From the NCBI GenBank assembly GCA_044229145.1, contig JBGATO010000016.1, positions 1 through 63,644 of the forward strand: DNA of 63,644 nt. Reading direction: 5' to 3'. How positions within the stretch are numbered: position 1 is the stretch's first letter; each line of letters opens with the position of its first letter. The position numbers and the translations under genes were made by a program. The notes beneath the pieces were generated by a model. It made no database searches. It saw only the letters and a program-made list of their open reading frames with translations, and was not told the DNA's origin. Below, piece by piece: positions 53,632 through 63,644 of the stretch. Origin of the DNA: Candidatus Eiseniibacteriota bacterium (GTDB lineage: Bacteria > Eisenbacteria > RBG-16-71-46 > CAZEPH01).

Positions 53632-54402
53632 TCACCAGCGGCGTTCGAGCGAGAGCACCGCGTAGTGGAGCCACGTGAAGGTGTAGACGCTCGACACGTC
53701 GGCGCCGCCTTCCACCATGCGATAGCCGCCGAGCACCGTCCACCGCGGACCGAAGTCGCGGCCCAGCTTCACCGTCACGTCCTCCGCGCGCCCCGGGCCG
53801 CCGGCGATCGCGTCGGCGTCCCACCGCAGGCGCCAGGCGTCCGCGAGCCGGCGGTCGCCGGACAGATGCAGCAACGGCACGAAGCCCAGGTCGTCCTTGC
53901 GGCTCGTGGTCGCGCCCTGCTCGAGCTTGATCGTGGCGTCGCGCACCTTCGCGGTCAGACCGAGCCACACGATGCTGCGATCGCTCTCGTGCACGCGAAA
54001 CCGGTAAGTCAACCGGTAGGAGTTGAAGGTGTAGGTCGCCCGCGCCGCGCCCGCCTCGTACGTTGCCCCGGCGAAGCGCGTCTGCGACGCGATCTGTCCG
54101 GTTTCGGTCAGCGAAAAGGGCGCGACCAGGAGCCTCATGCCTTGGCGCTCGTTCCGCCGCCAGGTCAGGTACACGCGTCCGGCCGGCCATGGCCCGTTCC
54201 CGGCGAGGTCGGAGAGCGAGAAGCGCGTGGCGGATCCGTCGTTGGGAATTTCGACGTCGTTGTAGCTCTGCCAGGCCGGACCGCCTTCGACCTCGACGCT
54301 GAATCGCGAAACGCGGTCGTCGGCGCGGACGGCGGAAGCCCACAGGAGGAGAACGGTGCAGGCGGCGGGCCAGGGCCCGCGGGGAGAGCGGACGGTCTTC
54401 AT
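53632..54402 (-). CDS. Putative outer-membrane beta-barrel protein
   Basis: Signal peptide, alternating amphipathic strands (YTFNSYRLTYRF, GYRMVEGGAD) and an aromatic C-terminus (YAVLSLERRW). Confidence 0.65.
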   Translation of the reverse strand: MKTVRSPRGPWPAACTVLLLWASAVRADDRVSRFSVEVEGGPAWQSYNDVEIPNDGSATRFSLSDLAGNGPWPAGRVYLTWRRNERQGMRLLVAPFSLTETGQIASQTRFAGATYEAGAARATYTFNSYRLTYRFRVHESDRSIVWLGLTAKVRDATIKLEQGATTSRKDDLGFVPLLHLSGDRRLADAWRLRWDADAIAGGPGRAEDVTVKLGRDFGPRWTVLGGYRMVEGGADVSSVYTFTWLHYAVLSLERRW

Positions 54403-54499
54403 GCGTGCTCCGAGAGGGAGGAGGCCGAGGCACCACGTGGCTCGTTGCAGGCGCATCGTGGAACGCAGTCGGCGGCGCGCCACCCGGGCCTCGCGGCCG

Positions 54500-56266
54500 C
54501 TACCGCAGCAGCACCACCTTCTGCGCTGCTACCGCGCCGGCCAAGCGGTACCAGTACACGCCCGGCTCGACGGCGCGACCGGTTGCGTCGCGGCCATCCC
54601 AGCGTACCGCATTCGCGCCGGCGCGCCCGACGCCGCGCAATCCGCTCACGCGGTGTCCCGCGGCATCGAACACGGCGATCTCGTACGGCCCGGCCGACGG
54701 CAGCACGAAGCGAATCTGCGTTCCGCCGACGGATGGATTCGGCCCGCCCGGCAAGAGCCTGCGCACCACCGGCTGTGCGGAGGGCGTGCCGGTGACATCC
54801 GTGATCGTCCCCGACTCGTAGTAGATGTCGTCGAGCGCGAACTCGCAGCTCGCGCCGTTGGTTTCCAGCACGACGAACTCGTACGCCAGCATGCGCAGGT
54901 CGATCAGCGTCCCACGCAGGTCGCTCACCGGTATCGTCGCCTGGCCCCAGTTGCCGTTGCGCACGAGGCCGTACGTCGTCGTGTTCGCCGGGAACGTCAC
55001 GTAGTGCTGATTCGACCACACATCGGTGACGCCGATCTGGAAGGTGACGTTCGCCGGAATCTTGATGCGGAACTTGAGCCAGCCGGCGCCCATGTCGAAC
55101 AGGTTCACCGGCTGCGTCGACATGATGCCGGCGCCGAACCAGCCCTTGGCGTTGGTCTTCCACGACAGCACGTTGCTGCCCTCGTACGGCGGGATGGTGC
55201 CGGGGATCAGCGTGCTCTCCCACACGTAGATGTTGGCGTCCACCGTTGGCGTCAGGTGATCGTTGGTGGGCGTGGTGTCGGTGTAGACGCCGAAACGGCC
55301 TTGCTTGGGCGCCGGCACGCCGACCGTGACTTCGCCCTGTCCGTTCCACTGGTAGATGCGGACGTAATCGACGTACATCGTCGCCGGCAGCGGCATGGTG
55401 ATCGGCAGGCCGGAGCCGGGATCGCCGAGGACGTAGCAGTCGGTGTAGAGGCCGCCCACCGCGAGGTTCATCAGGAAGTAGAACGGCTGCTTGAACTCGC
55501 TCGCGTCGGCGCCGAACACGAACGGACTCGCGTACAGATCGTGCTCGACGCCGTTGTCGACGACGGTGAAGCGCATCGACGTCGAATCCCAGTAGCAGCG
55601 GTACACGAGGAAGCGCGCGGCGAGGCCCGGCGCGTAGTTGTAGTAGGGGCGATCGGAGACGTCGCTCGGGTCGTTGGCGAGACTTGCGGTGCCGCCGGTG
55701 CCGGCCCAAATCGCGTTCGCGCCCACCATCTGGTTCACCGTCGCGTTGTCGAGGCCGTTGCCGCCGTTGTGCGTGTCGTGCAGGTTGCGAAACGCTTGCT
55801 CGGCGCCCATTTCCATGAGGTCGACTTCACCGCACGCCGGCCACTCGGCGGTTTGCGTGCCCATCATCCAGAACGCGGGCCAGCCGCCGTTCGCCAGGTT
55901 CGGCACCTGCACGCGCGTTTCGATCATGCCGTAGCGCACGCTGAGGAACGAGCGGCTGCTGATCTTGCCCGACGTGTAACTCAGCGGGTTGCCCCATTGA
56001 TCCACGATGCCAGGGCCGGATTCCGCCTTCGCGACGATGCGCAGCGCCTTGTTGCCCGGCTCGCCCGGCACGTCGGCGATGTCGACGTTTTCGTTCTTGT
56101 AGAACTCGAGTTCGCCGTTGCCCCAGCCCCAACTGCCGTTACCGGTCACCTTGAGCCAGTGATCGAGGTTGTTGAAGTTGTCTTCGTACAGGAGCGACCC
56201 GACTTGGGCGTGGGCGGCACCGGCCAACGTGGCCGTGGCGGCGAGGGCGAGGAGCGTGCTGCGCAT
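54500..56266 (-). CDS. Secreted GH16 (beta-1,3-glucanase-like) with a CBM-like domain and a C-terminal FlgD-Ig-like domain
   Basis: Signal peptide, GWGNGELEFY, WPAFWM, catalytic EVDLME and MYVDYVRIYQ. Tail PNP....T.IRF.LP...VFD.AG..V...WDGRD..G..V.PGVYWYRL. Confidence 0.9.
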   Translation of the reverse strand: MRSTLLALAATATLAGAAHAQVGSLLYEDNFNNLDHWLKVTGNGSWGWGNGELEFYKNENVDIADVPGEPGNKALRIVAKAESGPGIVDQWGNPLSYTSGKISSRSFLSVRYGMIETRVQVPNLANGGWPAFWMMGTQTAEWPACGEVDLMEMGAEQAFRNLHDTHNGGNGLDNATVNQMVGANAIWAGTGGTASLANDPSDVSDRPYYNYAPGLAARFLVYRCYWDSTSMRFTVVDNGVEHDLYASPFVFGADASEFKQPFYFLMNLAVGGLYTDCYVLGDPGSGLPITMPLPATMYVDYVRIYQWNGQGEVTVGVPAPKQGRFGVYTDTTPTNDHLTPTVDANIYVWESTLIPGTIPPYEGSNVLSWKTNAKGWFGAGIMSTQPVNLFDMGAGWLKFRIKIPANVTFQIGVTDVWSNQHYVTFPANTTTYGLVRNGNWGQATIPVSDLRGTLIDLRMLAYEFVVLETNGASCEFALDDIYYESGTITDVTGTPSAQPVVRRLLPGGPNPSVGGTQIRFVLPSAGPYEIAVFDAAGHRVSGLRGVGRAGANAVRWDGRDATGRAVEPGVYWYRLAGAVAAQKVVLLR

Positions 56267-56368
56267 CGGTGTGTGTTCCTTTAGGTCGCGCCGCGAGAGA
56301 CCGCGCGCCGGCGTGGCGTGGCAGTTGGCGTCCCCGCGAGTGTACCTGGTTTGGCGGCCGGGCGCCCG

Positions 56369-56860
56369 TTACACACCAGTACCAGCGCGCGCCGCCTCGA
56401 TCGTCGCGATGTCGATCTTGCCCATCTGCATCATCGCCTCGAATGCGCGCTTGGCGGCGGCGGGGTCCGGGTCGGTGATGGCCTGCGTCAGCGCGACCGG
56501 CGTGATTTGCCACGACACGCCCCACTTGTCCTTGCACCAGCCGCACGCACTCTCTTCACCGCCGTTGCCGACGATCGCGTTCCAGTAGCGGTCGGTTTCT
56601 GCTTGGTCGGCAGTGGCAACTTGGAAGGAAAACGCTTCGCTCTGCGAAAACGCCGGACCGCCATTGATGCCGAGGCACGGGATGCCCAGGACGGTGAAGA
56701 AGACGGTGAGCACGTCGCCTTCCTTGCCGTCCGGGTAGTCGCCCGGCGCGCGATAGACCGCGTCGACCGTGGAATCCGGAAACGTCTGTGCGTAGAAGCG
56801 CGCGGCGGCTTCCGCGTCGCGGTCGTACCACAGGCAGATGGTGTTCTTGGCGATGGTCAT
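56369..56860 (-). CDS. VOC/PhnB family (3-demethylubiquinone-9 3-methyltransferase-like) protein
   Basis: ICLWYD.DAE.AA.FY, NGGP.F..SEAFSF and CGWCKDKWG.SWQI. Confidence 0.92.
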   Translation of the reverse strand: MTIAKNTICLWYDRDAEAAARFYAQTFPDSTVDAVYRAPGDYPDGKEGDVLTVFFTVLGIPCLGINGGPAFSQSEAFSFQVATADQAETDRYWNAIVGNGGEESACGWCKDKWGVSWQITPVALTQAITDPDPAAAKRAFEAMMQMGKIDIATIEAARAGTGV

Positions 56861-56957
56861 TTCGGTGTCTCTCCGGATGGCGCGCGGTGCGCGGCGGGCA
56901 GATGCGCGACAGGTTGCATCGGGACGAGACGCATGCGATCTCCGAGGAAGTGCGAGG

Positions 56958-57407
56958 TCAGCGCGAGCGAGGCGCGCGCCGCACCGCCGGCCGCGCCGGC
57001 TTCACGCGGGTCAGGGCGATGTCGCGCACGCGGCGTCCTTGCGTGAGGTCGGTCAGCGTGCCGGTCACGCGGTCACCCGCCAGGGCGAGTGTCAGCCGTA
57101 AATGATAGCGCGGCGTCTGGACCTCGGATACCCACGTGCTGTCCGCTTGCCGCGCGACGTCGTACTCGCCCATGAAGAGACGCTGGCCATCGACGATCTT
57201 GTCGGCGCGAACGACGACGGTGTCCGGCGCGTGTGGCGAGACGCGCGCTTCGTAGATCACCTGTTCGTCCTTGCACGAGGGAAAGTGCGCGCGGTCCACG
57301 CACGTCGATGTGCCGCGCCAGTCGCCGGCGAGCGGGTTGGGGCGCGCGTGCGCCACGCGAGGCGCGAACGCGGCGACGGCGGCACACAACACGAGTGCGA
57401 TGCGCAT
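56958..57407 (-). CDS. Secreted hypothetical protein
   Basis: SD GGAGG, signal peptide and LAGDWRGTSTC.....CKDE.V.Y. Confidence 0.7.
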   Translation of the reverse strand: MRIALVLCAAVAAFAPRVAHARPNPLAGDWRGTSTCVDRAHFPSCKDEQVIYEARVSPHAPDTVVVRADKIVDGQRLFMGEYDVARQADSTWVSEVQTPRYHLRLTLALAGDRVTGTLTDLTQGRRVRDIALTRVKPARPAVRRAPRSR

Positions 57408-57440
57408 ACGACCCTCCATGTCCGCGGGCACGCCGCCGCG

Positions 57441-57824
57441 TCAGAGCCAACCGAGACGCCGGCACGCACCGTACACGAGATAGACGCCGAGCCCGCACAC
57501 GAACACGCCGAACAGCAGACGGAGCTGCGGACCCTGCATCCGATTCGCCACGACCGCGCCGAGCCACGAACCCAGGAACATCGTCGCCGCGAGGATGGCC
57601 GCCGCGCGCACGTCGACGTTGCCGTGCCGGAAGTACTCGATCGCCGCCGCGAGGCCGATGGGCGGCAAGAGCACCGCGAGCGACGTCCCCGTCGCGCGAT
57701 GCTGCGAGAAGCCCGCCCAGTAGATCAACGCCGGGACGATGACGATCCCGCCGCCGACGCCGAAGATGCCCGCGGCGATCCCACCGATCGTACCGATGGT
57801 GGCGAAGAGCAGCCATGCGGCCAT
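57441..57824 (-). CDS. Half-size sulfite exporter TauE/SafE family membrane protein
   Basis: GIAAGIFGVGGGIVIVPAL, SQHRA.GTSL and Y.R.G.VD. 127 aa. Confidence 0.85.
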   Translation of the reverse strand: MAAWLLFATIGTIGGIAAGIFGVGGGIVIVPALIYWAGFSQHRATGTSLAVLLPPIGLAAAIEYFRHGNVDVRAAAILAATMFLGSWLGAVVANRMQGPQLRLLFGVFVCGLGVYLVYGACRRLGWL

Positions 57825-57849
57825 GGCCTTAGACCTTTCTCCGGGGTGA

Positions 57850-58215
57850 TCAGCCGGTCGCGACGATGTCGACGGAGATCTCGACCGCCGTTTCCGTTCC
57901 CCGATTCTCGAGCCAGTGCAGCGTGTGGCGATCCTCCGGCCACCCCGGGCCCGGCCCGTACTCGGTGGCGACGCCGTCGCGATGATCGGTGATCGTGCCG
58001 CGCAGGACGTAGACGAGGCCCGGCCGCCCCGCGTGATCGTGCAGCGGCCCGAACACGGCGCCCGGCGCGAAGGTGAACAGACGCATGCGAAGCTGGCGGC
58101 CCGCCATGCCCTCGAGCTCCGGTCCGAGGTCGACGGTGGCGAGGAGTTGCGACGTGACGCCGCGGGATTCCGGCGCGCTGCGGTCGTGCGACATGATGGG
58201 CTCCAGTGCCGGCAT
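57850..58215 (-). CDS. Cupin domain protein
   Basis: HDH..RPG.VYVL.G and W.ED..T.HW.ENRG. Confidence 0.82.
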   Translation of the reverse strand: MPALEPIMSHDRSAPESRGVTSQLLATVDLGPELEGMAGRQLRMRLFTFAPGAVFGPLHDHAGRPGLVYVLRGTITDHRDGVATEYGPGPGWPEDRHTLHWLENRGTETAVEISVDIVATG

Positions 58216-58301
58216 CGTGTGGACGAGGTGCGGCGACGGCGTCGCCGCATGTCCTCGGCGAGAATCGCCGGCGGTGGCGGACAGTTCCGGAAGCTAGGCC
58301 G

Positions 58302-58913
58302 TCAGCGCGCCAGCCGCGCGCCGAGCCACTTCAGCGGGAGGAACATCGACACCTGGCGCTGGTAGCGCCGGTACTCGTCCCCGAACTCGTGGACCAGCTT
58401 GCGCTCTTCCAGCAGCGTCCCGACGACGATGTACGCCGTGAGCACGCCGTTGCCGACCACACGCGCGGTGTCGAGGTCACCCGACCACAAGAGCAGCACG
58501 ACGGCCGTGTACCACGGGTGGCGCACGACGCCGAGGACGCCCCGCGAGTCGATTCCGCCGCCGCTCGCCAGCCCGGCCGTGGACGCGCCGCGCACGTGGC
58601 TGATCCCGAGGAATTGCCTGAGGCTGTATTGCCGCGCGCCGGCGAAGAAAAGCAGCAGGCCGCTGGCGACGAGCACGTAATGCGGGACGCGCCACGCGCC
58701 GTCCCAGCGGAAGAACGGGACGCCGTGCAATGACCGCGAATACAGCAGGACAGGGATCAGCGTGAGCACCGCGACGGCGTTGTAGATCAGGCGATAGAAG
58801 CGGAACGACGCGCCGAGCCGGCGCTGCAGGGCGCGCGTCGCCGTCTCCGAGATCATCGCGCTATGCAGAGCGCAGAAGGCGGTCCAGGCGAGGGCGAGGA
58901 GGAGGTAGTTCAC
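58302..58913 (-). CDS. NnrU/isoprenylcysteine carboxyl methyltransferase family membrane protein
   Basis: FCALHS, YRLIYN, VRHPWY and EERKLV.EFG.EY..Y...V.MF.P. Confidence 0.8.
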   Translation of the reverse strand: MNYLLLALAWTAFCALHSAMISETATRALQRRLGASFRFYRLIYNAVAVLTLIPVLLYSRSLHGVPFFRWDGAWRVPHYVLVASGLLLFFAGARQYSLRQFLGISHVRGASTAGLASGGGIDSRGVLGVVRHPWYTAVVLLLWSGDLDTARVVGNGVLTAYIVVGTLLEERKLVHEFGDEYRRYQRQVSMFLPLKWLGARLAR

Positions 58914-58970
58914 GTTCTCGCATCTCCAGATCCGTGTGCACCAGGCGATCTTCCGACGGGGACGAGGCGC

Positions 58971-59321
58971 TCACGTGCGCAGGATCTTCTCCATCGGCCG
59001 GCCCTTGGCGAGTTCGTCCACCAGTTTGTCCATGTACCGGATTCGTCGCATGAGCGGGTCGTCGATGTCTTCGATGCGAACTCCGCAGATGACGCCGGTG
59101 ATCTTGCTCGCATGGGGATGCAGGGCCGGCGCCTCGCGGAAGAAGGTCTCGAGATCCACGCCGCGCGTGATCCGGCCGGCCAGCGCGCGCGGGCTATAGC
59201 CGGTCAGCCAGCAGATGACGCGATCGACTTCGGCCTGCGTGCGTCCCTTCTTCTCGACCTTCTGGACGTAGAGCGGATAGATGCTCGCGAAGGGCATCCG
59301 GAAGACCCGCGTGTTGTCCAT
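58971..59321 (-). CDS. DUF2200 family protein
   Basis: [37 protein letters not shown] and [18 protein letters not shown]. Confidence 0.9.
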   Translation of the reverse strand: MDNTRVFRMPFASIYPLYVQKVEKKGRTQAEVDRVICWLTGYSPRALAGRITRGVDLETFFREAPALHPHASKITGVICGVRIEDIDDPLMRRIRYMDKLVDELAKGRPMEKILRT

Positions 59322-59406
59322 GTGCTCTTCTCCCCGTGCGGTCAGCGCGCCTGCGACGGCGATCACGGCGAGCAGTCGACGGCGGCGCATGGCGCTTCGG
59401 TCCGTG

Positions 59407-62400
59407 CTACTTCAGTGCGGCCACGCGCGGCGGCCGGCCGGCGGCGATGGCCGCCCGCAGCTCCGGCGCTTCCGCGTCGCGCACTGCCGTCCAGCGCTTC
59501 AGCGCGGCGGTGCGCGCCGGCGACGGCGCGCGCTTCGCCCAACGGCTCTCCACATCCACCAGGGCGTCGAGCACCTGCAGCCGGCGGCGCACGTTGTTCT
59601 CGCGCGGATCGCGCAGCGATTGCTCGGCGAGCAGCAGATACTTCTCCGCCTCCGCGTCGCGGCCCACTTTCGCGAGATAGAGGCCGTAGTTCACGTGGAA
59701 TCGCAGCGCCTCGGTGGGCGGGATCTGTGCGACAGGGATGTGCGCGAGCCAGGCGAACAGCGAATCGGCCTCGCGCGACGGCCCGCCGCTGCCGAGCGTG
59801 GCGGCGAGTTCGCAGTTCATCCACACCATGTCGGGACCGGCATCGCCCAAAACGACCATCAGACGCTTGCGCGCGTCGCGCATCTCGGTCGCGGCCTTGG
59901 CGTGCTGGCCTTGCTCGCGGTGGACGCGGGCGAGGCTGGTGGAGGCGAAGTTCGTGTTCATCGCGTCGGGTCCGAGAGTCGCCTTCGTGATGCTCACCGC
60001 GCGCGTCAGCAGCGACTCGGCTTCGGCCAGCCGCCCGCGCGCCTGGACGGCGCGCGCAAGGTCGCTCATGGTCACGGCCACTTGATCGTTGTTCTCGCCG
60101 AGCGCCTTGCGACGACCGGCGAGCACGTCGCGGAACAACGCCTCGGCGCTTGCGACATGGCCGCGGGAATACTGCATGCGCGCGTAGTTGTTCTTGGTGA
60201 GGAGCGTTTGCGGGTTGGTGGCGCCGTTCGCGGCCACCTTCAGAGGGATGGCCTCGCGGTAGACCGAGTCGGCGGCGTCGAAGCGCCCCACCCCGGCGAG
60301 CGCGCTGGCGAGATTGTCGAGTGCGGTTCCCATCTTCGAGGCGCCGGCATCGCCCGCGCTGCGGAAGGCGGCCAGCGCTTGGCGGTGGTACGAGAGAACT
60401 TCTTCCTCGCGTCCCGGCGTATCCGCGAAGACGCCGAGTGCGGACAGCGCGTCGCCCACCGTCGGCGATCCCGCGCCGCGGATGCCACGAGCGACCGTCA
60501 GCGCCTGCTGCGCCAGCGACTCCGCGCGCGCCGTGGCGCCGGTGCGGTAGTAGATCCCGCCCAGCGTGATCAGACCGGCCGCGGTGTTCGGATGGTCGTC
60601 CGTGTAGATGCGCTTGCAGATCGCGAGTCCCGCGTGCGCCAGCGACTCCGCGCGCCCAAAGCGGCCGCGGTCCGTTTCGATCATGGCGAAGTTGAGGAGG
60701 TCGGTGGCCACGTCGGGATCCAGGTCACCGCCCAATCGGCGGTGCATGGCGAGCGCGAGTGTTTGCAGCGAATCGGCTTCGTCGAACCGGCCGCTGTAGT
60801 GCATCAGGTTGCCGAGAGAGTTGAGACCGACGGCAACCGTGCGGTCGCCCTTCGGGTACAGCGTCTGGCTCATCGCCAGTCCCTCGCGAATGAGCGGTTC
60901 GGCCTGCTCGGGCTGCGATGCATCGAGATTGATGCCGCCGAGCGCGGTCAACGCCTGCGCGGTGCCCGCGTTCGGACCCGTGTACAGTGCGCGCCACATG
61001 GCGAGCGCGGCGTGTCCCACCGAATCGGCGCGCGCCAGCTGGCCGCGATTCCAATAGACATCGGCCAGCAGCGAAAGATCGTCGGCAAGGTCTTCGTGCG
61101 GCGCGCGACGCACTAGGCTGTGCGCCTCGTAGGCGGCGCGCGCGTGCTGATCGGCGGCGAGCAGATCGCCAATCTGCAGATACGTGCGGCCGAGCACGTG
61201 CTCGATGCCGGCGGCGACGTCGGGTTGTCCGCGCAACTCCGTGCGCACGCGCTGCGCCGTGCGGTCGAGGATCTCGCGCAGCAGCGCGGTGTCGCGTCCG
61301 CGCGCGACGGACGGGCCGGCGCCTTCGAGCATGTCGCTCAAGAACGCGGCGACCTGCTTCGACTTGGCGGCCTCGGTGCGCGCGCGCAGATACATGCCGG
61401 TGCTCACGATCGCCGACGCGATGATGGCGACGAGCGCCACGGCCAGCGCGGCCGTGAGCGGCCGGTGGCGCGCCACCAGCTTGCGCAACTGATACGCCGT
61501 GCTCGGCGTGCGCGCGAGCACGGGCTGCGAGTTGCGATAGCGCTCCAGATCCTCGGCGAGTGCGGCGGCGCTCGAGTAACGGCGCTCGGGTTCCTTGGCG
61601 AGCGCTTTGAGAACGATTGCTTGCAGATCGCTGTCGACTTTCAACAGGCCGCTCGGCGTGTCGCGCAGCGCGCGCGGATCCTGCTCGCTGATCACGCGCA
61701 TCGCCTCGGGCAGCGACACGCGGCTCACGTCGTACGGCCGCTCGCCCGCGAGCATTTCGTACAGGATCACGCCGAGCGCGTAGACGTCGGAGCGCACGTC
61801 GAGCGACTGTGTCTCGCCGCGCACTTGCTCCGGGCTCATGTACGGCAGCGTCCCGCGGATCGTGCCCACGTCGCTCATGACGCTTCCCTGCGAGTCGTCG
61901 TCGGTGAGCCGCGCGAGGCCGAAGTCGAGGATCTTCACATCCAGCGCCGCCGCGCTGCTCGTGGTGGCCGCCGTGCCTTCACTCGGCGTGGGGATCACGA
62001 TGTTCGACGGCTTGAGGTCTCGATGGATGATGCCGCGCTGGTGCGCGTAGTGCACCGCCTCGGCGATGCGGCCGGCGAGCGCGAGGCGATGCAGCAGTTC
62101 GGCGCGGTTGCTGGGCGACGGTCGCGGCGCCAGATACACATCGAGCGTCGGACCCTCGACCAGTTCCATGGCGAAGTAGGGCCGGCCATCCCGCAAGCGC
62201 CCGGCACCATAGATCGCACCGATGTTCGGGTGGCGCAGGCGCCCCAACATGTCCGCTTCGCGGCGGAACAGCCGCACGTGCAGCGCGTCGGTGTGCGCGC
62301 TGCCGCGCATGAGCTTGATGGCGACGCGACGGCGCGGCTCGTTCTGTTCGGCCAGGTAGACGACGCCCATGCCGCCCTGACCGAGGACGCCGAGGAACTT

Positions 62401-62517
62401 GTAGCCATCGATCTCGGCCGGCAATCCGCCCGGTTCGGCCTCTGATCCGCCTGCCCCGGTCGCAATCGTGCGCGTGTACTCGATCTCGTTGTTGGTCGGA
62501 AGCGTCTCGTCAGACAT
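59407..62517 (-). CDS. Ser/Thr protein kinase with a TM helix and C-terminal TPR repeats
   Basis: [24 protein letters not shown] and YMSPEQ, a TM segment, then repeated 'A..L..L...Y...G....AE.L...AL' units. Confidence 0.93.
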   Translation of the reverse strand: MSDETLPTNNEIEYTRTIATGAGGSEAEPGGLPAEIDGYKFLGVLGQGGMGVVYLAEQNEPRRRVAIKLMRGSAHTDALHVRLFRREADMLGRLRHPNIGAIYGAGRLRDGRPYFAMELVEGPTLDVYLAPRPSPSNRAELLHRLALAGRIAEAVHYAHQRGIIHRDLKPSNIVIPTPSEGTAATTSSAAALDVKILDFGLARLTDDDSQGSVMSDVGTIRGTLPYMSPEQVRGETQSLDVRSDVYALGVILYEMLAGERPYDVSRVSLPEAMRVISEQDPRALRDTPSGLLKVDSDLQAIVLKALAKEPERRYSSAAALAEDLERYRNSQPVLARTPSTAYQLRKLVARHRPLTAALAVALVAIIASAIVSTGMYLRARTEAAKSKQVAAFLSDMLEGAGPSVARGRDTALLREILDRTAQRVRTELRGQPDVAAGIEHVLGRTYLQIGDLLAADQHARAAYEAHSLVRRAPHEDLADDLSLLADVYWNRGQLARADSVGHAALAMWRALYTGPNAGTAQALTALGGINLDASQPEQAEPLIREGLAMSQTLYPKGDRTVAVGLNSLGNLMHYSGRFDEADSLQTLALAMHRRLGGDLDPDVATDLLNFAMIETDRGRFGRAESLAHAGLAICKRIYTDDHPNTAAGLITLGGIYYRTGATARAESLAQQALTVARGIRGAGSPTVGDALSALGVFADTPGREEEVLSYHRQALAAFRSAGDAGASKMGTALDNLASALAGVGRFDAADSVYREAIPLKVAANGATNPQTLLTKNNYARMQYSRGHVASAEALFRDVLAGRRKALGENNDQVAVTMSDLARAVQARGRLAEAESLLTRAVSITKATLGPDAMNTNFASTSLARVHREQGQHAKAATEMRDARKRLMVVLGDAGPDMVWMNCELAATLGSGGPSREADSLFAWLAHIPVAQIPPTEALRFHVNYGLYLAKVGRDAEAEKYLLLAEQSLRDPRENNVRRRLQVLDALVDVESRWAKRAPSPARTAALKRWTAVRDAEAPELRAAIAAGRPPRVAALK

Positions 62518-62645
62518 GGGAACTCCGGTGGAGAGAGCGCAGTGCTGGATGCGTGATGCTGCCCGAGTTGGACGGGAACCGCGAGGCGAAAATCGTGCGA
62601 ACGCGCACCGAGGCGGGATGCGCGTCGGCTCTCACACGTCAGCCA

Positions 62646-63182
62646 TCACAGACGTTTCGTAAGGAGCTCCGCCTGATGTGTCGTCCCGAGCGTCGCGGTT
62701 TCGAACAGTTCGCCAGTCGGCACGTATCCGCACTTGCGCCAGAACCGGCGGGCTCGTTCGTTCGGCAACTCGACGCCCACGGTTGCCTCGTGCGTCCCGT
62801 GCGATTCCCGCGCCCAGGATTCGACCAAGTGTGCAGCCTCGGTTCCCAGCCCCGCAGACTGATAGCGTTCGGCCAGCAACAGCAGGCCGAAGATTCCCTT
62901 GCCCACGACCGGATAGTCGACCACGAAGTCGGCGACCCCGGCCAGCTCGCCGCTCGCGCGCAGATGCACCCCGAGGAAGTGCTTGTGGCTCTCGAAGCCT
63001 GGCGGTCCCTCTTGCATGTCGGACAGGATGTGTTCGATGGGTGGCTCGTCGATGCCGGCGAGGACCTGAAAGAAGCGCCGGTTGTCGCGGTAGACTGCGA
63101 TTACCGCATCGAGGTCGTGCGCACTCAAGGCGCGGAGTGCCAAGTGCTCGCTGGTGGCGAGGTCCCCAGGTGTGAGGTTCAT
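62646..63182 (-). CDS. GNAT family N-acetyltransferase
   Basis: YQSAGLGTE (motif A) and N.RA..FW.KCGY. Confidence 0.85.
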   Translation of the reverse strand: MNLTPGDLATSEHLALRALSAHDLDAVIAVYRDNRRFFQVLAGIDEPPIEHILSDMQEGPPGFESHKHFLGVHLRASGELAGVADFVVDYPVVGKGIFGLLLLAERYQSAGLGTEAAHLVESWARESHGTHEATVGVELPNERARRFWRKCGYVPTGELFETATLGTTHQAELLTKRL

Positions 63183-63269
63183 TCGCGCACATGCCCAGAT
63201 TGGGTAAACACGGCCGGCGAAGGCTCGCGCTGAGATGCGCGCCGGGAGACGGTCGGCTCGCACACGCGG

Positions 63270-63644
63270 TCAGGCCTCGGGCTCATGGCACACCGCTTCG
63301 ATGTTGTGCCCGTCCGGTCCGGTGACGAACGCCGCGTAGTAGTGCGCGTGGTATTCCGGGTGCAGTGCAGGCGCGTAATCGCCCTCGGCTCCGGCCTCCA
63401 GGGCCGCGCGATAGAACGCGTCGACTTGCTGGCGGGTTTTCGCCGCGAATGCCAGGTGGAGATGCGCGGGCGTCTCGTCGGTTTGGTAGAGGCACAAGGA
63501 TACGCTGCCTCCGGGGGCGTTGATCTCTATGCCGTCGGGCGGCCACTCTCGGATCTCGGTCACGCCGAGCGGCTCGAGCACCTTGACGAAGAAGTTGCGG
63601 CTCGCCGCATAGTCGGTGACGCCGAATTTGACGTGGTCGAACAT
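63270..63644 (-). CDS. VOC family glyoxalase-like protein
   Basis: MFDHV..GV.D, HLAFAA..R.QVDAFY.AAL.AG and YYAAFV..PDG.NIEAVCH. The ATG sits at the window edge. Confidence 0.92.
   Translation of the reverse strand: MFDHVKFGVTDYAASRNFFVKVLEPLGVTEIREWPPDGIEINAPGGSVSLCLYQTDETPAHLHLAFAAKTRQQVDAFYRAALEAGAEGDYAPALHPEYHAHYYAAFVTGPDGHNIEAVCHEPEA

Noticed and set aside
57441..57824. Half-length TauE as a possible truncated pseudogene
   Set aside because: It has a clean start and stop and one complete repeat unit. Half-size members of this family are common.
59322..59390. Signal-peptide-like extension ([20 protein letters not shown]) on DUF2200
   Set aside because: A purine-rich SD precedes the ATG at 59321, where the conserved domain begins. 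The extension is probably fortuitous, though not excluded.

Overview
A very GC-rich bacterial chromosomal window, densely coding, with about 65 genes. I found no rRNA, tRNA, CRISPR array, transposase, integrase or phage genes. Secreted proteins carrying a C-terminal 'PATWGAIKxL(Y/F)' tail or a FlgD-Ig-like tail suggest an uncultured lineage such as Ca. Eisenbacteria (inference only). Main blocks in order: a partial NFACT/RqcH-like gene and sixA; a TetR-controlled ABC/membrane-fusion efflux operon; an ACP-less ketosynthase plus catalytically dead CLF-like partner, followed by a Ser/Thr kinase-NTPase-TPR gene; a kdpFABC locus whose KdpD is split into separate genes and apparently wired to a KinB/AlgB-like sigma54 two-component system, with a visible -24/-12 promoter and a 32-bp-spaced enhancer pair; sugar-nucleotide genes with an inserted small-protein/nucleotidyltransferase pair; a hybrid histidine kinase; a DEAD-box helicase with a probable CTG start; a PPIase-surA-S4-ftsEX-envC operon; GH1 and GH16 glycoside hydrolases; a frameshifted DUF2867 gene; and a run of small accessory genes ending with a TPR Ser/Thr kinase. 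The best candidates for undescribed biology are the short C-terminal sorting motif, the tripartite KdpD/sigma54 potassium-sensing circuit, the orphan KS-CLF pair, and repeated leaderless (-10 box, 7-8 nt, ATG) gene starts. All family assignments come from motif recognition by eye; no database searches were run.
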